Shown here: one piece after another, positions 1-9,500 of the stretch
How positions within the stretch are numbered: position 1 is the stretch's first letter
How the letters are laid out: the number at the start of each line of letters is the position of its first letter
Virus record (IMG/VR): IMGVR_UViG_3300037991_005359
Span: 1-39,028 of that record
Origin: a virus
Lineage: Duplodnaviria; Caudoviricetes
Direction: 5' to 3' (one strand)
DNA: 39,028 nt
Program-made: the position numbers and the translations under genes
Notes under the pieces: model-generated
Database searches by the model: none
What the model was told of the DNA's origin: nothing
Seen by the model: only the letters and a program-made list of their open reading frames with translations

Positions 1-603
1 AACTGGATCAGCGAATGGACTCAAGATGCAGCTTACGAACTTCGTAATGCAGTAGAGCAAGACGTTATCCAAAATATTGCTGGAAGTGCAACTACTAGTA
101 AAGGTGGTGCATTAAACGCAACTAATGGCGGACCTTTGTTTGCAGGTGCAACTGATGTAGATTTAGTTGATCACATGATCGACTGTGCATCTGACTTAGA
201 CGCATTGAATGTTCCTGATGATTCTCGTTTCTTCCTTCTTCCTCCTGCACTAGTAGGAATAATTAAGAAGGGCGACATGGGTGACGCTAATAAATCAGGT
301 GATTCTGTTTCTATTAAGCGTAATGGACAAGTTGGAATGATTGATCGTTTCACTATCTATCGTACTAACAACTTAACAAAAGTTACAAATGGTGGCGGAG
401 GTGGAAACACAGTATTCACTTGCTTGTTTGGACATAAAGCAGCTACTACATTTGCTACTCAATTGTTAAAGAATGAAATGATTCCTAATCCTGATGGGTT
501 TGGAATGCTTCATCGTGGACTTCAAGTTTATGGCTACAAAGTAGTTAAGCCTGAAGCTTTAGGTGCAAGCTTTATTTCATCTGATGCTGAAGCAGCATCG
601 TAA
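1..603 (+). CDS. Major capsid protein, C-terminal part (truncated at window start)
   Basis: Frame 1 is open from base 1 (NWISEWTQDAAYELRNAVEQDV...). LDALNVPDDSRFFLLPP, NGQVGMIDRFTIYRTNNL and RGLQVYGYKVVKPEAL resemble the C-terminal half of HK97-fold/P22-like coat proteins. A strong terminator follows. Confidence 0.85.
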   Translation, partial: NWISEWTQDAAYELRNAVEQDVIQNIAGSATTSKGGALNATNGGPLFAGATDVDLVDHMIDCASDLDALNVPDDSRFFLLPPALVGIIKKGDMGDANKSGDSVSIKRNGQVGMIDRFTIYRTNNLTKVTNGGGGGNTVFTCLFGHKAATTFATQLLKNEMIPNPDGFGMLHRGLQVYGYKVVKPEALGASFISSDAEAAS

Positions 604-609
604 TAATAT

Positions 610-638
610 GGGGGAGTAATCTCCCCCTTTATTTTTTT
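610..638 (+). terminator. Intrinsic terminator after the capsid gene
   Basis: GGGGGAG-TAAT-CTCCCCC perfect 7-bp stem followed by TTTATTTTTTT. Confidence 0.9.
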
Positions 639-657
639 AAATATTAAAGAGGTAATT

Positions 658-939
658 ATGTCAGAAGAAAAATATATTAAAGGTCAAAACGGAATAGTTA
701 TTCCTTGGTTTGAAGCTGCAGATATGAATGTATGGGAGCTTTGTAATAAAGATGGGCTTACTGCTACAGAAGCTCTTGTTGAAAAAGAAGAAGAAGTTGT
801 TGAAGAAACTCCAATAGAATCTTTAAAAGAAAAAGCTAAAGAGCTAGGTATTCGTGGATGGAACAATGCTAAAGAAGCTACGTTGAAAAAGAAAATAGCT
901 GAAGTTGAGGCAGAAGATGGCGAAGAAGAAGGATCCTAA
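658..939 (+). CDS. Small acidic protein with a Rho-N/HeH-like helical motif
   Basis: RBS GAGGT. LKEKAKELGIRGWNNAKEATLKKKI resembles the helix-extension-helix motif often found right after phage capsid genes. Confidence 0.6.
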   Translation: MSEEKYIKGQNGIVIPWFEAADMNVWELCNKDGLTATEALVEKEEEVVEETPIESLKEKAKELGIRGWNNAKEATLKKKIAEVEAEDGEEEGS

Positions 940-1204
940 ATTAACTAGAGCTGGTGTTTCTGGTTACAATAAACCTAAAAGAACTCCTGGTCATAAAACT
1001 AAATCTCATGTTGTAGTTGCTAAAGTTGGCGATACAACTAAATTAATTAGATTTGGTCAACAGGGTGTTAAAGGTGCTGGTAAAAATCCAAAGTCGGCTA
1101 AAGATAAAGCTCGTAAAAAAAGTTATTATGCTAGACATAATGCACAAGATGCAAAGCCTAGTAAACTAAGTGCAAGATACTGGTCACATAAAGTAAAGTG
1201 GTAG
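917..1204 (+). CDS. Small basic protein of a family common in aquatic phages
   Basis: ATG at 917 with GAGG upstream, preferred over TTG at 905. Motifs KPKRTPGHKTKSHVVVAK, IRFGQQGV, KARKKSYYARH and SARYWSHKVKW. Confidence 0.75.
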   Translation: MAKKKDPKLTRAGVSGYNKPKRTPGHKTKSHVVVAKVGDTTKLIRFGQQGVKGAGKNPKSAKDKARKKSYYARHNAQDAKPSKLSARYWSHKVKW

Positions 1205-1213
1205 AGGTTTAAA

Positions 1214-1411
1214 ATGCCAAGAGTTGGAAAAAAGAATTTTGGTTATACCAAAAAAGGAATGAACAAAGCTAAAAAATATGCTAAAGAAGTAGGGTTAGAT
1301 ATAGATTTAGCTGGCAAAAAAAAGTCAGTAGGATCTAGTTCTATTAAAAGAGGTATGAAATATAAAGCTTCTGCTAAGAATAAAAAAAGCGGAATAAGAA
1401 GAGGTAAATAA
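1214..1411 (+). CDS. Small Lys-rich protein
   Basis: RBS GAGG, 65 aa, begins MPRVGKKNFGYTKKG. TAATG coupling to the next gene. Confidence 0.7.
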   Translation: MPRVGKKNFGYTKKGMNKAKKYAKEVGLDIDLAGKKKSVGSSSIKRGMKYKASAKNKKSGIRRGK

Positions 1412-1836
1412 TGCCAACAGAAATTATAGCAATGTTAGGTGGTTCTATCTCTGGATTTGTAATGAAAATGATTGCAGCACAAGCTCAATCACAAGCTACA
1501 ATGATGGAGAATATGTTAAAAAAACAAGGTGCTGCAGATGATTCAGCTGATAGAGCTGCTGCTAGAGTAGGACCAGCAGGTGCAATTGTTCGTAGGACCA
1601 TAGCATTATGCACATTATTTGCTGTTATATTTGCACCATTTATTATGGCTTTTTTTAATGAACCTATAACTATAGAAGCTAAACCAGCTTCAGGCATATT
1701 TGGTTTTATGTTTGGAGATATGTTCTCAAAAGGTAATGGATGGATAGAGTTGCAAGGATATGTTTTGTTGCCAGAAGTTAGACAGACTATGCTTGCGTTA
1801 GTTGGTTTTTATTTTGGAAGTTCACAGGTGAAATAA
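1411..1836 (+). CDS. Holin-like membrane protein
   Basis: Hydrophobic segments (IIAMLGGSISGFVMKMI; TIALCTLFAVIFAPFIMAFF; MLALVGFYFGS). The C-terminal xxFYFGS motif is typical of 3TM/GTA-type holins. Confidence 0.55.
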   Translation: MPTEIIAMLGGSISGFVMKMIAAQAQSQATMMENMLKKQGAADDSADRAAARVGPAGAIVRRTIALCTLFAVIFAPFIMAFFNEPITIEAKPASGIFGFMFGDMFSKGNGWIELQGYVLLPEVRQTMLALVGFYFGSSQVK

Positions 1837-1837
1837 T

Positions 1838-2029
1838 ATGGCTATGAAAAAAAAGAAAGCGAAGAGTAGAGTTAATGAAGCAGGTAATTATACAAAACCT
1901 ACAATGCGTAAAAGACTTTTTAATGAAATCAAAGCTGGCGGCAAAGGTGGTAAACCTGGTCAATGGTCTGCGAGAAAAGCTCAGATGTTGGCTAGAAGAT
2001 ATAAAGCAGCTGGTGGCGGATATAAATAA
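1838..2029 (+). CDS. Basic protein, N-terminal half of the GQWSARKAQ (DUF5872-like) family
   Basis: NYTKPTMRKRLF...GGKGGKPGQWSARKAQMLARRYKAAGGGY. Confidence 0.7.
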   Translation: MAMKKKKAKSRVNEAGNYTKPTMRKRLFNEIKAGGKGGKPGQWSARKAQMLARRYKAAGGGYK

Positions 2030-2055
2030 TAACTAAAATAACTAGGAGAAAAATT

Positions 2056-2184
2056 ATGCCATACGGAAAAGGTACATATGGAAGTAAACGTGGAAGACCA
2101 TCAAAAGCTGGTAAAGCAGCAGCAATGAAAAAGATGACTCCCGCTCAAAAGAAAAAATTAATGGCTATGAAAAAGAAAAAGTAA
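2056..2184 (+). CDS. 42-aa Lys-rich peptide, not in the ORF track
   Basis: RBS AGGAG at 2044-2048. Reads MPYGKGTYGSKRGRPSKAGKAAAMKKMTPAQKKKLMAMKKKK. TAATG overlap with the next gene. Confidence 0.8.
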   Translation: MPYGKGTYGSKRGRPSKAGKAAAMKKMTPAQKKKLMAMKKKK

Positions 2185-2435
2185 TGGCTTTAAAAAAATC
2201 ACAAAAATCTTTAAAAAAGTGGACAGCACAAAAGTGGCGTACTAAATCTGGTAAGCCTTCTACTCAAGGGTCGAAGGCTACTGGAGAACGTTATTTACCT
2301 GAAAAAGCTATAAAGGCTTTGACACAAAGTGAGTATGCCAGTACAACAAGAGCTAAAAGAAAAGCTAGTAAAAGCGGTAAACAGTTTTCTAAACAACCGA
2401 AAAAAATAGCAAATAAGACAAGAAAATATAGGTAA
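2184..2435 (+). CDS. Basic protein, C-terminal half of the DUF5872-like family
   Basis: SQKSLKKWTAQKWRTKSGK...GERYLPEKAIKAL...KRKASKSGKQFSKQP. Confidence 0.7.
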   Translation: MALKKSQKSLKKWTAQKWRTKSGKPSTQGSKATGERYLPEKAIKALTQSEYASTTRAKRKASKSGKQFSKQPKKIANKTRKYR

Positions 2436-2440
2436 TCAAA

Positions 2441-2746
2441 ATGAATATAAGAAATTATAAGTTTACAAACGGAGATTCAATCCAGGTAGGAAGCTGCACT
2501 AATGCATCAACAGCAACTGCTACAGCGGTTGCTGTAACAGGTATTGTTGAAATACAAGATGTATCTGGTGGCGGTGGATTTATTGCATTTGGTGATTCAA
2601 GTGTTTCTGCACCTTCAGCAGATGCGGCAGGAGCTATTTACATTCCACCTTTTGGAATAACTAGACCTATCTCTATTCCAACTGGTGTTACTCATGTAAT
2701 AAGTAGTTCTGGATTTAAAATAAATGTTCGCTCTTTAGGATCTTAA
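2441..2746 (+). CDS. Small beta-rich virion (tail-associated) protein
   Basis: 101 aa, rich in Ala/Gly/Ser/Thr, immediately upstream of the fibre-like gene. Confidence 0.5.
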   Translation: MNIRNYKFTNGDSIQVGSCTNASTATATAVAVTGIVEIQDVSGGGGFIAFGDSSVSAPSADAAGAIYIPPFGITRPISIPTGVTHVISSSGFKINVRSLGS

Positions 2747-2747
2747 A

Positions 2748-4463
2748 ATGTATCTTAATCAGGGACAGCTATCATCGGGTGGTAATAAATTACTACCTGA
2801 GACTACTAACTTAACATCATGGTTAGCATCACCTACTACTGATGGGAAAACTATTCCTAATATTCAAGGTACTGCTGCTAATCTTACTGGTATTAACTGT
2901 ATTCAATTTACTTCAGGAGGTGCGGCTGATTACATTGATCTTGAAGATACTATTACAACAACTAGTGCTTGGGAGCTTGAATGTGATATAATGTGGACTG
3001 ACTTTGGAAGTGCAAATAGTGGCGTTGCTTTCTTGTCAAGTGATGATGATACTAAAGAATTTATTCGTATAAATGGTGCTGATGGAGATAATTTATTTTT
3101 TGAAGGAAAGCTAGGTGGCACTCAATTTCGTGAGTATGCTTTAAGTTTTTCTTTAGCTTTAAATACAGCATATAGATTAAAAGTTGCTGTTGATGGAACA
3201 GCTGTAAAAATTTATATTGATGGATCATTACAACAAACAATTACTTGGGGTAATAATGCTAATGCTAATGTATTTGGTAGTATAGGTAGACCAATAGCTG
3301 TACAAGGAACAGCTAAACTTGCAAACTGGAAAATTAGTTCTGGTGGAGTTATTTTAGCACATCTTCCAATTCAAGAAGGTTCTGGAACTAAATGTTATGA
3401 TATAAGCGGTAAAGGTAATCATGGAACTGTAACTAATTCTACATGGACAACCGCTGATGGTTTTGTATCTCACAATACTTTACATGGTTTTACTACAGAC
3501 AGTTCAGTTAAAGTACCTGCATTAGATAATAAAACATTACAAACACTTACATTAGATGGGGATAATGATTATATAGACATACCAGAATATACTATAGTAG
3601 ATGGTGATATTATTGATATGCGTTTTAGAGTTATAACCAATGCTCTTAATACTGCTGATGGTAGTGGTGGTATAAGAGTAATTTTTGGTGGAGCAAGAGA
3701 CGCTGATACTGATGGTCAAAATGATTACTTTGCTATCTATGATGGAGCAGATGCAGATAGTGTTGAAGTAGACCCTCCTTCATCAGGTGCAACAGGTAGA
3801 CAAATATTTAGACACGTTGATTATAATGTTGATGGAGATGATAGTAACGAAAGTGCTGATAAAGATAAACAAATTCAAATAGGTGATGGCGTAATAGATG
3901 TTAAGTTAGTTGTATCTGGAAGTAATGTTACATCTACTATTGATGGTGCTGAATCACAAACAGAAGCAGGTGAATTTGTAGGATTTAATATAAGAAGAAT
4001 ATCAGGTGGCAGAGGAAAACGATACCTTAATGCAGAATGGCATAGTTTTAAAATTACAAATAGTAGTGGTGTAGTACAAAGAAATTATGAGTTTCAAAGT
4101 TATGGTACTACTATAGTAGATAGTGTTTCATCAAGCAACAATGGAACACTTGTTAATGCTACATTAACTAATGCTTATAAAACTCGTGTAATAGATTCTT
4201 CAGGATCATTAGTATCTGCTGATTATGAAAACAATAATACTTCTATAGGTAATCCATCTGGGTTTGTACATAATCAATCTGAAGTTGGATTTGATTTAGT
4301 AAGTGTAGATAAAACTTCAGCTAATATATTAGGTGTAGATAATTCTAGTGAAGATGATGATTTTGCTAGAGAAGATTCTAATGGAAATGTAATACAATAT
4401 TTACAGTATAGTACTGGTATATCTGGTACATCTTTAACAAGAACAAGAGCTTATGTTGGATAA
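2748..4463 (+). CDS. Tail fibre/spike-like protein with two LamG (concanavalin A-like) domains
   Basis: Two similar modules: DYIDL...VKIYIDG...PIQEGSGTKCYDISGKGNHGT and LDGDNDYIDIP...STIDG...YEFQSYGTTIVDSVSSSNNGTL. These match LamG-3 signatures. Confidence 0.7.
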   Translation: MYLNQGQLSSGGNKLLPETTNLTSWLASPTTDGKTIPNIQGTAANLTGINCIQFTSGGAADYIDLEDTITTTSAWELECDIMWTDFGSANSGVAFLSSDDDTKEFIRINGADGDNLFFEGKLGGTQFREYALSFSLALNTAYRLKVAVDGTAVKIYIDGSLQQTITWGNNANANVFGSIGRPIAVQGTAKLANWKISSGGVILAHLPIQEGSGTKCYDISGKGNHGTVTNSTWTTADGFVSHNTLHGFTTDSSVKVPALDNKTLQTLTLDGDNDYIDIPEYTIVDGDIIDMRFRVITNALNTADGSGGIRVIFGGARDADTDGQNDYFAIYDGADADSVEVDPPSSGATGRQIFRHVDYNVDGDDSNESADKDKQIQIGDGVIDVKLVVSGSNVTSTIDGAESQTEAGEFVGFNIRRISGGRGKRYLNAEWHSFKITNSSGVVQRNYEFQSYGTTIVDSVSSSNNGTLVNATLTNAYKTRVIDSSGSLVSADYENNNTSIGNPSGFVHNQSEVGFDLVSVDKTSANILGVDNSSEDDDFAREDSNGNVIQYLQYSTGISGTSLTRTRAYVG

Positions 4464-4468
4464 TATGT

Positions 4469-5224
4469 ATGAGCAAGAAGGGTCAAAAAGTAAGATTTGA
4501 AGGTATAATATATACCGAAGATGAGGTTAAAGAAAATGCTAAATCAAGTAGTGGAAAAAGTAAAATTATACAGCAAGAAGCTAGTAGCCAAACTACTACA
4601 GCTGTGGCGACCGAAACAGCTTCGCAAGCAACTCAAGGAATTGTTCAAGCAGCTGTAGCACAAGCTCAAAGCTTAGGAGCTAGTGGGTTAGTTGCTATGG
4701 GTAGTGCTGGAGCTTTCCAAGCTAATCATATATTTGATAATTCACATGAAGTATATGAAATAGCAACTCCATTAGTATCTGAATTTATAGATACTGGAAC
4801 TATGACTCCTCCTGAAAATTCTAAATTTGCAGGTGAAACAATACCTGTAGCTAAATCTTTTGCAGGAGTAAAAGTAGGCGAAGCTCGTAAACAAGCAATA
4901 GCTGAAAAAGCAGCAGCTAAAGCTATGAGTCAAGAAGTAAAACAAGCAGTAGAACAAGCTAAAGAAACAGCTAAACAATCTGAAGAAACAAGAAAAGCAG
5001 TAGTACAAGAACAACAGAAAAAAGCACAAGCTGAAGCTAGAGAAAAAGCAGTAGAACAATTAGGTGAAGAGAAAGTTCAAGAGATAGAAGAAAAGTTAAA
5101 TGAAAAAACTGAAAGTTTGCCTGAACCAGATACTCCTGCATTACCAGAACAAAATGCAATAAGAGAAGCATTTAGAGGTTTATTTAACAGAGATGATTTT
5201 GAGGAGGATGCAACACCAATATGA
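4469..5224 (+). CDS. Hypothetical protein with an Ala/Gly hydrophobic stretch and an Ala/Glu/Lys/Gln coiled coil
   Basis: 251-aa ORF with LGASGLVAMGSAGAF and a long AEKAAAKAMSQEVKQAVEQ helix. Confidence 0.6.
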   Translation: MSKKGQKVRFEGIIYTEDEVKENAKSSSGKSKIIQQEASSQTTTAVATETASQATQGIVQAAVAQAQSLGASGLVAMGSAGAFQANHIFDNSHEVYEIATPLVSEFIDTGTMTPPENSKFAGETIPVAKSFAGVKVGEARKQAIAEKAAAKAMSQEVKQAVEQAKETAKQSEETRKAVVQEQQKKAQAEAREKAVEQLGEEKVQEIEEKLNEKTESLPEPDTPALPEQNAIREAFRGLFNRDDFEEDATPI

Positions 5225-5370
5225 TCTATATAGAAATAATTTGGGAATCCATAAAGGGTAACGTAATAGCAGTTGGTATAGGAATCTTAGGATTGTTAGC
5301 AACTATTAGTATGTTTATGCCTAAAGATTCAAAACTGTATAAATTAATTAACTTCCTAAACAAAAAGTAA
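5221..5370 (+). CDS. 49-aa single-TM membrane protein, not in the ORF track
   Basis: ATGA overlap with the previous stop. Reads MIYIEIIWESIKGNVIAVGIGILGLLATISMFMPKDSKLYKLINFLNKK. Confidence 0.7.
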   Translation: MIYIEIIWESIKGNVIAVGIGILGLLATISMFMPKDSKLYKLINFLNKK

Positions 5371-5374
5371 AACA

Positions 5375-5935
5375 ATGAAAAATACATTAATAACTATAGC
5401 AATAATATATTGGATAAACTTAGTAGCTGCTGCTATTTCATATTCTGATTATATATATGATTTAACAGCAAACTTAAATGAAAGTTCGTCTACCTTGATA
5501 GATCAACAAACTCATTACTATGAAATGTTTCATATTACCTATAATGGAATAGCAAATGTTACATTTGATAACTATGATGCTAATCTTATATCTCCATATG
5601 ATAACGGAGACTATAGTGATCCTTATTTATATTTGTATTTACTAGAAAATACTTTAGTTCCTTCTATAAATAATATAGCTAAATCATATGTATTATACAA
5701 TGAAGATGATGATGGTAATGAAGAGTTAGCTGAAGGGTTATATTTTTATTTACCTAATGTTGCATTTACTAATGAAATGATAGCTATAGTTACTTCTTAT
5801 GATCCTTTAACTACAGGCACGGTTGATTTTAATATTTATAGCGATTCTCCATTAACAATTATTCCTGAACCAGTATCAGTTGGTCTTATATTTGTAGGAG
5901 GTTTAGGATTATTATTAGCAAGGAAAAGAATATGA
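5375..5935 (+). CDS. PEP-CTERM sorting-domain protein
   Basis: N-terminal signal peptide MKNTLITIAIIYWINLVAAA. C-terminal IPEP + TM helix VSVGLIFVGGLGLLLA + basic tail RKRI. The core (DPYLYLY...EDDDG...AIVTSY) resembles PPC/DVUA0089-like beta domains. Confidence 0.85.
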   Translation: MKNTLITIAIIYWINLVAAAISYSDYIYDLTANLNESSSTLIDQQTHYYEMFHITYNGIANVTFDNYDANLISPYDNGDYSDPYLYLYLLENTLVPSINNIAKSYVLYNEDDDGNEELAEGLYFYLPNVAFTNEMIAIVTSYDPLTTGTVDFNIYSDSPLTIIPEPVSVGLIFVGGLGLLLARKRI

Positions 5936-6132
5936 AAAAAGATGGAGAGTTTAGTGTAAAAGAAAAAGAATGGGTATCTACAGCATCTAAATATGTAGAT
6001 AGCAAACATTTACCTATTTTAGGACAGATACTTAAAATTGTAGATACAACATCTTTAATGATAGGTCGTGCTATTTTTATAGGTATAATATTAACAGCAG
6101 TAGGTATATTAGGAGGGAAGTTTTTTAAATAG
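5932..6132 (+). CDS. Small membrane protein
   Basis: ATGA overlap; C-terminal TM segment AIFIGIILTAVGILGG. Confidence 0.7.
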   Translation: MKKDGEFSVKEKEWVSTASKYVDSKHLPILGQILKIVDTTSLMIGRAIFIGIILTAVGILGGKFFK

Positions 6133-6226
6133 TTGTCGGGATTTATTTTTTATGAAATAGTTTCTGACAAGACCACCTAGATGAGGAAGGGTTTCCTCCT
6201 TTTACCCACCCATCTAGAGCTGGTCT
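6133..6226. promoter_or_regulatory. Tandem intergenic hairpins, the second with a CCUCCUUU loop
   Basis: Hairpin 1 spans 6133-6170 (TTGTCGGGA/TTCTGACAA). Hairpin 2 pairs AGACCA/TGGTCT, CTAGATG/CATCTAG and GGGT/ACCC, with loop TTCCTCCTTTT. Confidence 0.5.
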
Positions 6227-6240
6227 GTTTAGGAGTTATT

Positions 6241-6588
6241 ATGAGTATTACAGGAACAAAGTTAATTGATCTAATAAGAGGTTTTGTAGTAGACCAGGTT
6301 GTAACTGGAAGAACTAATTTATTTACAGATGCTTTAATTATAGATGCAATAAACTATGCAAAGCATGAATTTTTTGGGTTAAGACCAGATGTTTTTATTA
6401 CAAATATGTCTAGTGTTTCTGAACCTACTGATTTATCTACAGCTTCAGATACATTAACAATAGAAAGCTGGGGAGTAACTCCTTTATGTTACAAAGCTGC
6501 TTCAATTCTTTTATCACAAAAAAGTAAGGATGAATTTTACAGAAAAGCTGCTGATGAAATGCTGGCAAAATTTAATGGGAGTATCTAA
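6241..6588 (+). CDS. Putative head-completion/adaptor protein
   Basis: ATG at 6241 has AGGAG at 6231, preferred over 6181. About 115 aa, helical, with pattern FTDALIIDAINYA...LRPD...LCYKAASILL. Located in the virion module. Confidence 0.5.
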   Translation: MSITGTKLIDLIRGFVVDQVVTGRTNLFTDALIIDAINYAKHEFFGLRPDVFITNMSSVSEPTDLSTASDTLTIESWGVTPLCYKAASILLSQKSKDEFYRKAADEMLAKFNGSI

Positions 6589-9500
6589 TGGCTTTTGATA
6601 ATGCAAAAAGAATCTTACAAGATAGTGAAGCAAGAGTAGCTAGTTCAGCAGAAGGAATCTATGATGACGATTTAGTAGTTTTGTTTTGGCAAAACATTGA
6701 AGCTCATTATATTGATGAATGTATTAGATACTTAAATGATTCTAGTGTTAGAGCATTAACTGGTCCTACTACATTTTATGATACTACTTTTAATGATGAT
6801 CTATATCATCTTCATGCTTACTATAATGAAAGTGATCAACGAATATATCGTGTATTAATGAAGTCAGCTGCTACTACAAGTAGCATTACCCAATCAGGAA
6901 CAAAGTGGAGACTTCAAAGTGGAGAAACTTATCAAGCAGGAACAAGTAATTTAGTTCTTGTTATGTATAATGTTGATCCTGATTATATTGTAGCTCTTGA
7001 AACAGAATCTTTAAGTACTACTTATGAAGGAACAATATATCTTTTAGGAGGAACTCAGTTAACAGGAACTTGGCATTCTATTGCAAGGGAATCTGATTTT
7101 AATTCTGATACTGGTTTATATGATTTAAGATGGTATGTGTCTAGATATGAAGCAAAAGAATATATGTTTGTTTCAAAAAGAAATTCTTTTCAAGAAGAGG
7201 TACAATTTTATAGATATAGAATGACCGAAACTTCTATAGATGATTTTGAAAATAATTACTATTTTGATACATCAACATTAGGTGATTATTATTATTCTGC
7301 AGATGGTTCAAACTATACTAAAAAAAATAACGCAAGTGCTACAGGAACATTACCATCTACTGCTAAAAACATTTTAACATCAATAGCTGGAAGATCATTA
7401 AACTATGAACAAAGACCAGATAGAGATACTGGCGAAATAGATATAGTTGTAACATTTATTCACGATACAGCAAGTACAGCTGAAGGCGGAAGTACATCAT
7501 CTGCAAATAGTACAGTAGTTACTATAACTAATAATGCTACTCAAGAGTTAGGAGATCCAACTCCTAGTTTTAAATTAACAATGACAGGAACTCATTCAGC
7601 AGCTACAGGAACATACCAACTTAATCCTAATCTTTCTCGATATGAAAGGTTAAGCGATAATCTTAATTACGATGAACAATGGACTATATTTAGAGATTCT
7701 CAACAAACTGGAACTGATACTTATGCTCATTCATGGTTGTTATATGATGAAGTAAATAATAATCAAGTTTATTTTAGTAGTAATTATAGTACACTTGCTG
7801 CATTTAAAACAGCAGAAAATAATCCTACAGATGGTACTATAACTAATGGTACTTTTTCTGAAAAATCAGAAGGTCTTCATCATGTACAAGACAACTCTAC
7901 TATTCAACATGAAAGTCAACAGTTAGAAAATGGTTTGTTTAGAAACGTACAAACAATTAGTACTAACTTTAATCAAACAGCATCATCTGAAAGTAAACTA
8001 CACGCTTATACAGATACTGTTGAATTTAATAGTGCAAGCACAACTTCAGTAACTCCTGGAAGTCCATCGGCTGGTACTCAAGTAACAGTAGAAAATACTC
8101 CTAATGAAGATGGTACGTTTAACACAGTCAAAAGAACTAGAGTATTTAATCTTCAAACTGCAACTAGTGGTAGTTGTAATGATGCTTATACAGAAACTGT
8201 TATTATAGAAGAAAATGCTAGTTCAGCATTAGGAACACCTGCTGATCAAAGTAATGGCGTAACAGTTATACATGAAAGTCAAGAGTTAGAAAACGGTAAG
8301 TTTAGAAACATAACTAGAACTAGAACTGCTAAATCAAGAGATAATGTTACTGATGAAAATACTACAGGAGCTGATGGTCAAGCTGGATTTACAGAAACTA
8401 TTGTAAAAAAATATAATCAAACTAATCCTGAAAATACTACAGGAGATACAGCAGCGGGAACAACTATTACTGTTGAAAATATTCTTAGAGATGATGGTAA
8501 ATATGATACCATTAAAAGCACAAGAGTAGATAGAAATAGAACTGCTACATCTGGATCTACTAATGCATTTTCTGGAGAAACTGTTGTTATTGCTACTAAT
8601 GCTTCTAGTGCATTATCTGCACCAAGTGATCAAAGTGATGGGACCATAGTTATTCACGAAAGCGAACAATTGGAAAATGGTTTGTTTAGAAATATTACTA
8701 GAACTAGAACTGCTAGAACAGATATAGCTACTGTTACAGACAATACAGAGTTAAGTGATGCAGGAGCAGGTGGATATACACAAAGTGTTGTTAAAAAATT
8801 CAATCAAAGTAGTGCTGAAACTATTTCAGAAAGTGATACAGAAGCTGGCACAATAGTAGAAGTACAAAATAATATTAACGAAGATGGTACATACAATACC
8901 ATTAAAAGTATACGAACAGAAAGATCTTTAACAGCAGAAGGTGGATCTACTACTGCTTTAAATAAAGAAGAAATTATTATTACAGTTAATGCTGCTGCTG
9001 AATTAGGAGAACCAAGTGATCAAGCAGATGGAATAATTTTATCTCATCAAAGTGAACAGTTACCAAACGGTTTATTTAGAAACACTCAAAGAAAAGTTAC
9101 AGCAAGAACAGATGTAGCTACTGTTACAGATAGTACAGAAATTAGTGATGCAGGTGCAGGTGGTTATCTTGAAACTATTACTAAAAAAATAAATCAAAGT
9201 TCGCAAGCTACAATAGATGAAAGTGATACAGCGGCAGGATCTATTGTTACTGTTGAAAATACTATTAATGAAGATGGCACCTTTAATACTCTTAAAAGAG
9301 TAAGAACAGAAAGATCTTTAACATCTTCAGCTAAATCTGAATCTGTTAATACATCTACAACAGTAGAAATTGTTAATAATGCTTCAGCTGCACTTGGAAC
9401 TTCTCAATCAACTCCATCAGCAGGAACAACTATTACTAGAGAAAGTACTCCTTTGGATAATGGTTTATTTAGAAATGTAACAACTACAGTCATTGATAAT

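Noticed and set aside
6181-6240. Upstream start for the 6181-6588 ORF
   Set aside because: It falls within the hairpin and lacks an RBS; ATG 6241 has AGGAG at the correct spacing.
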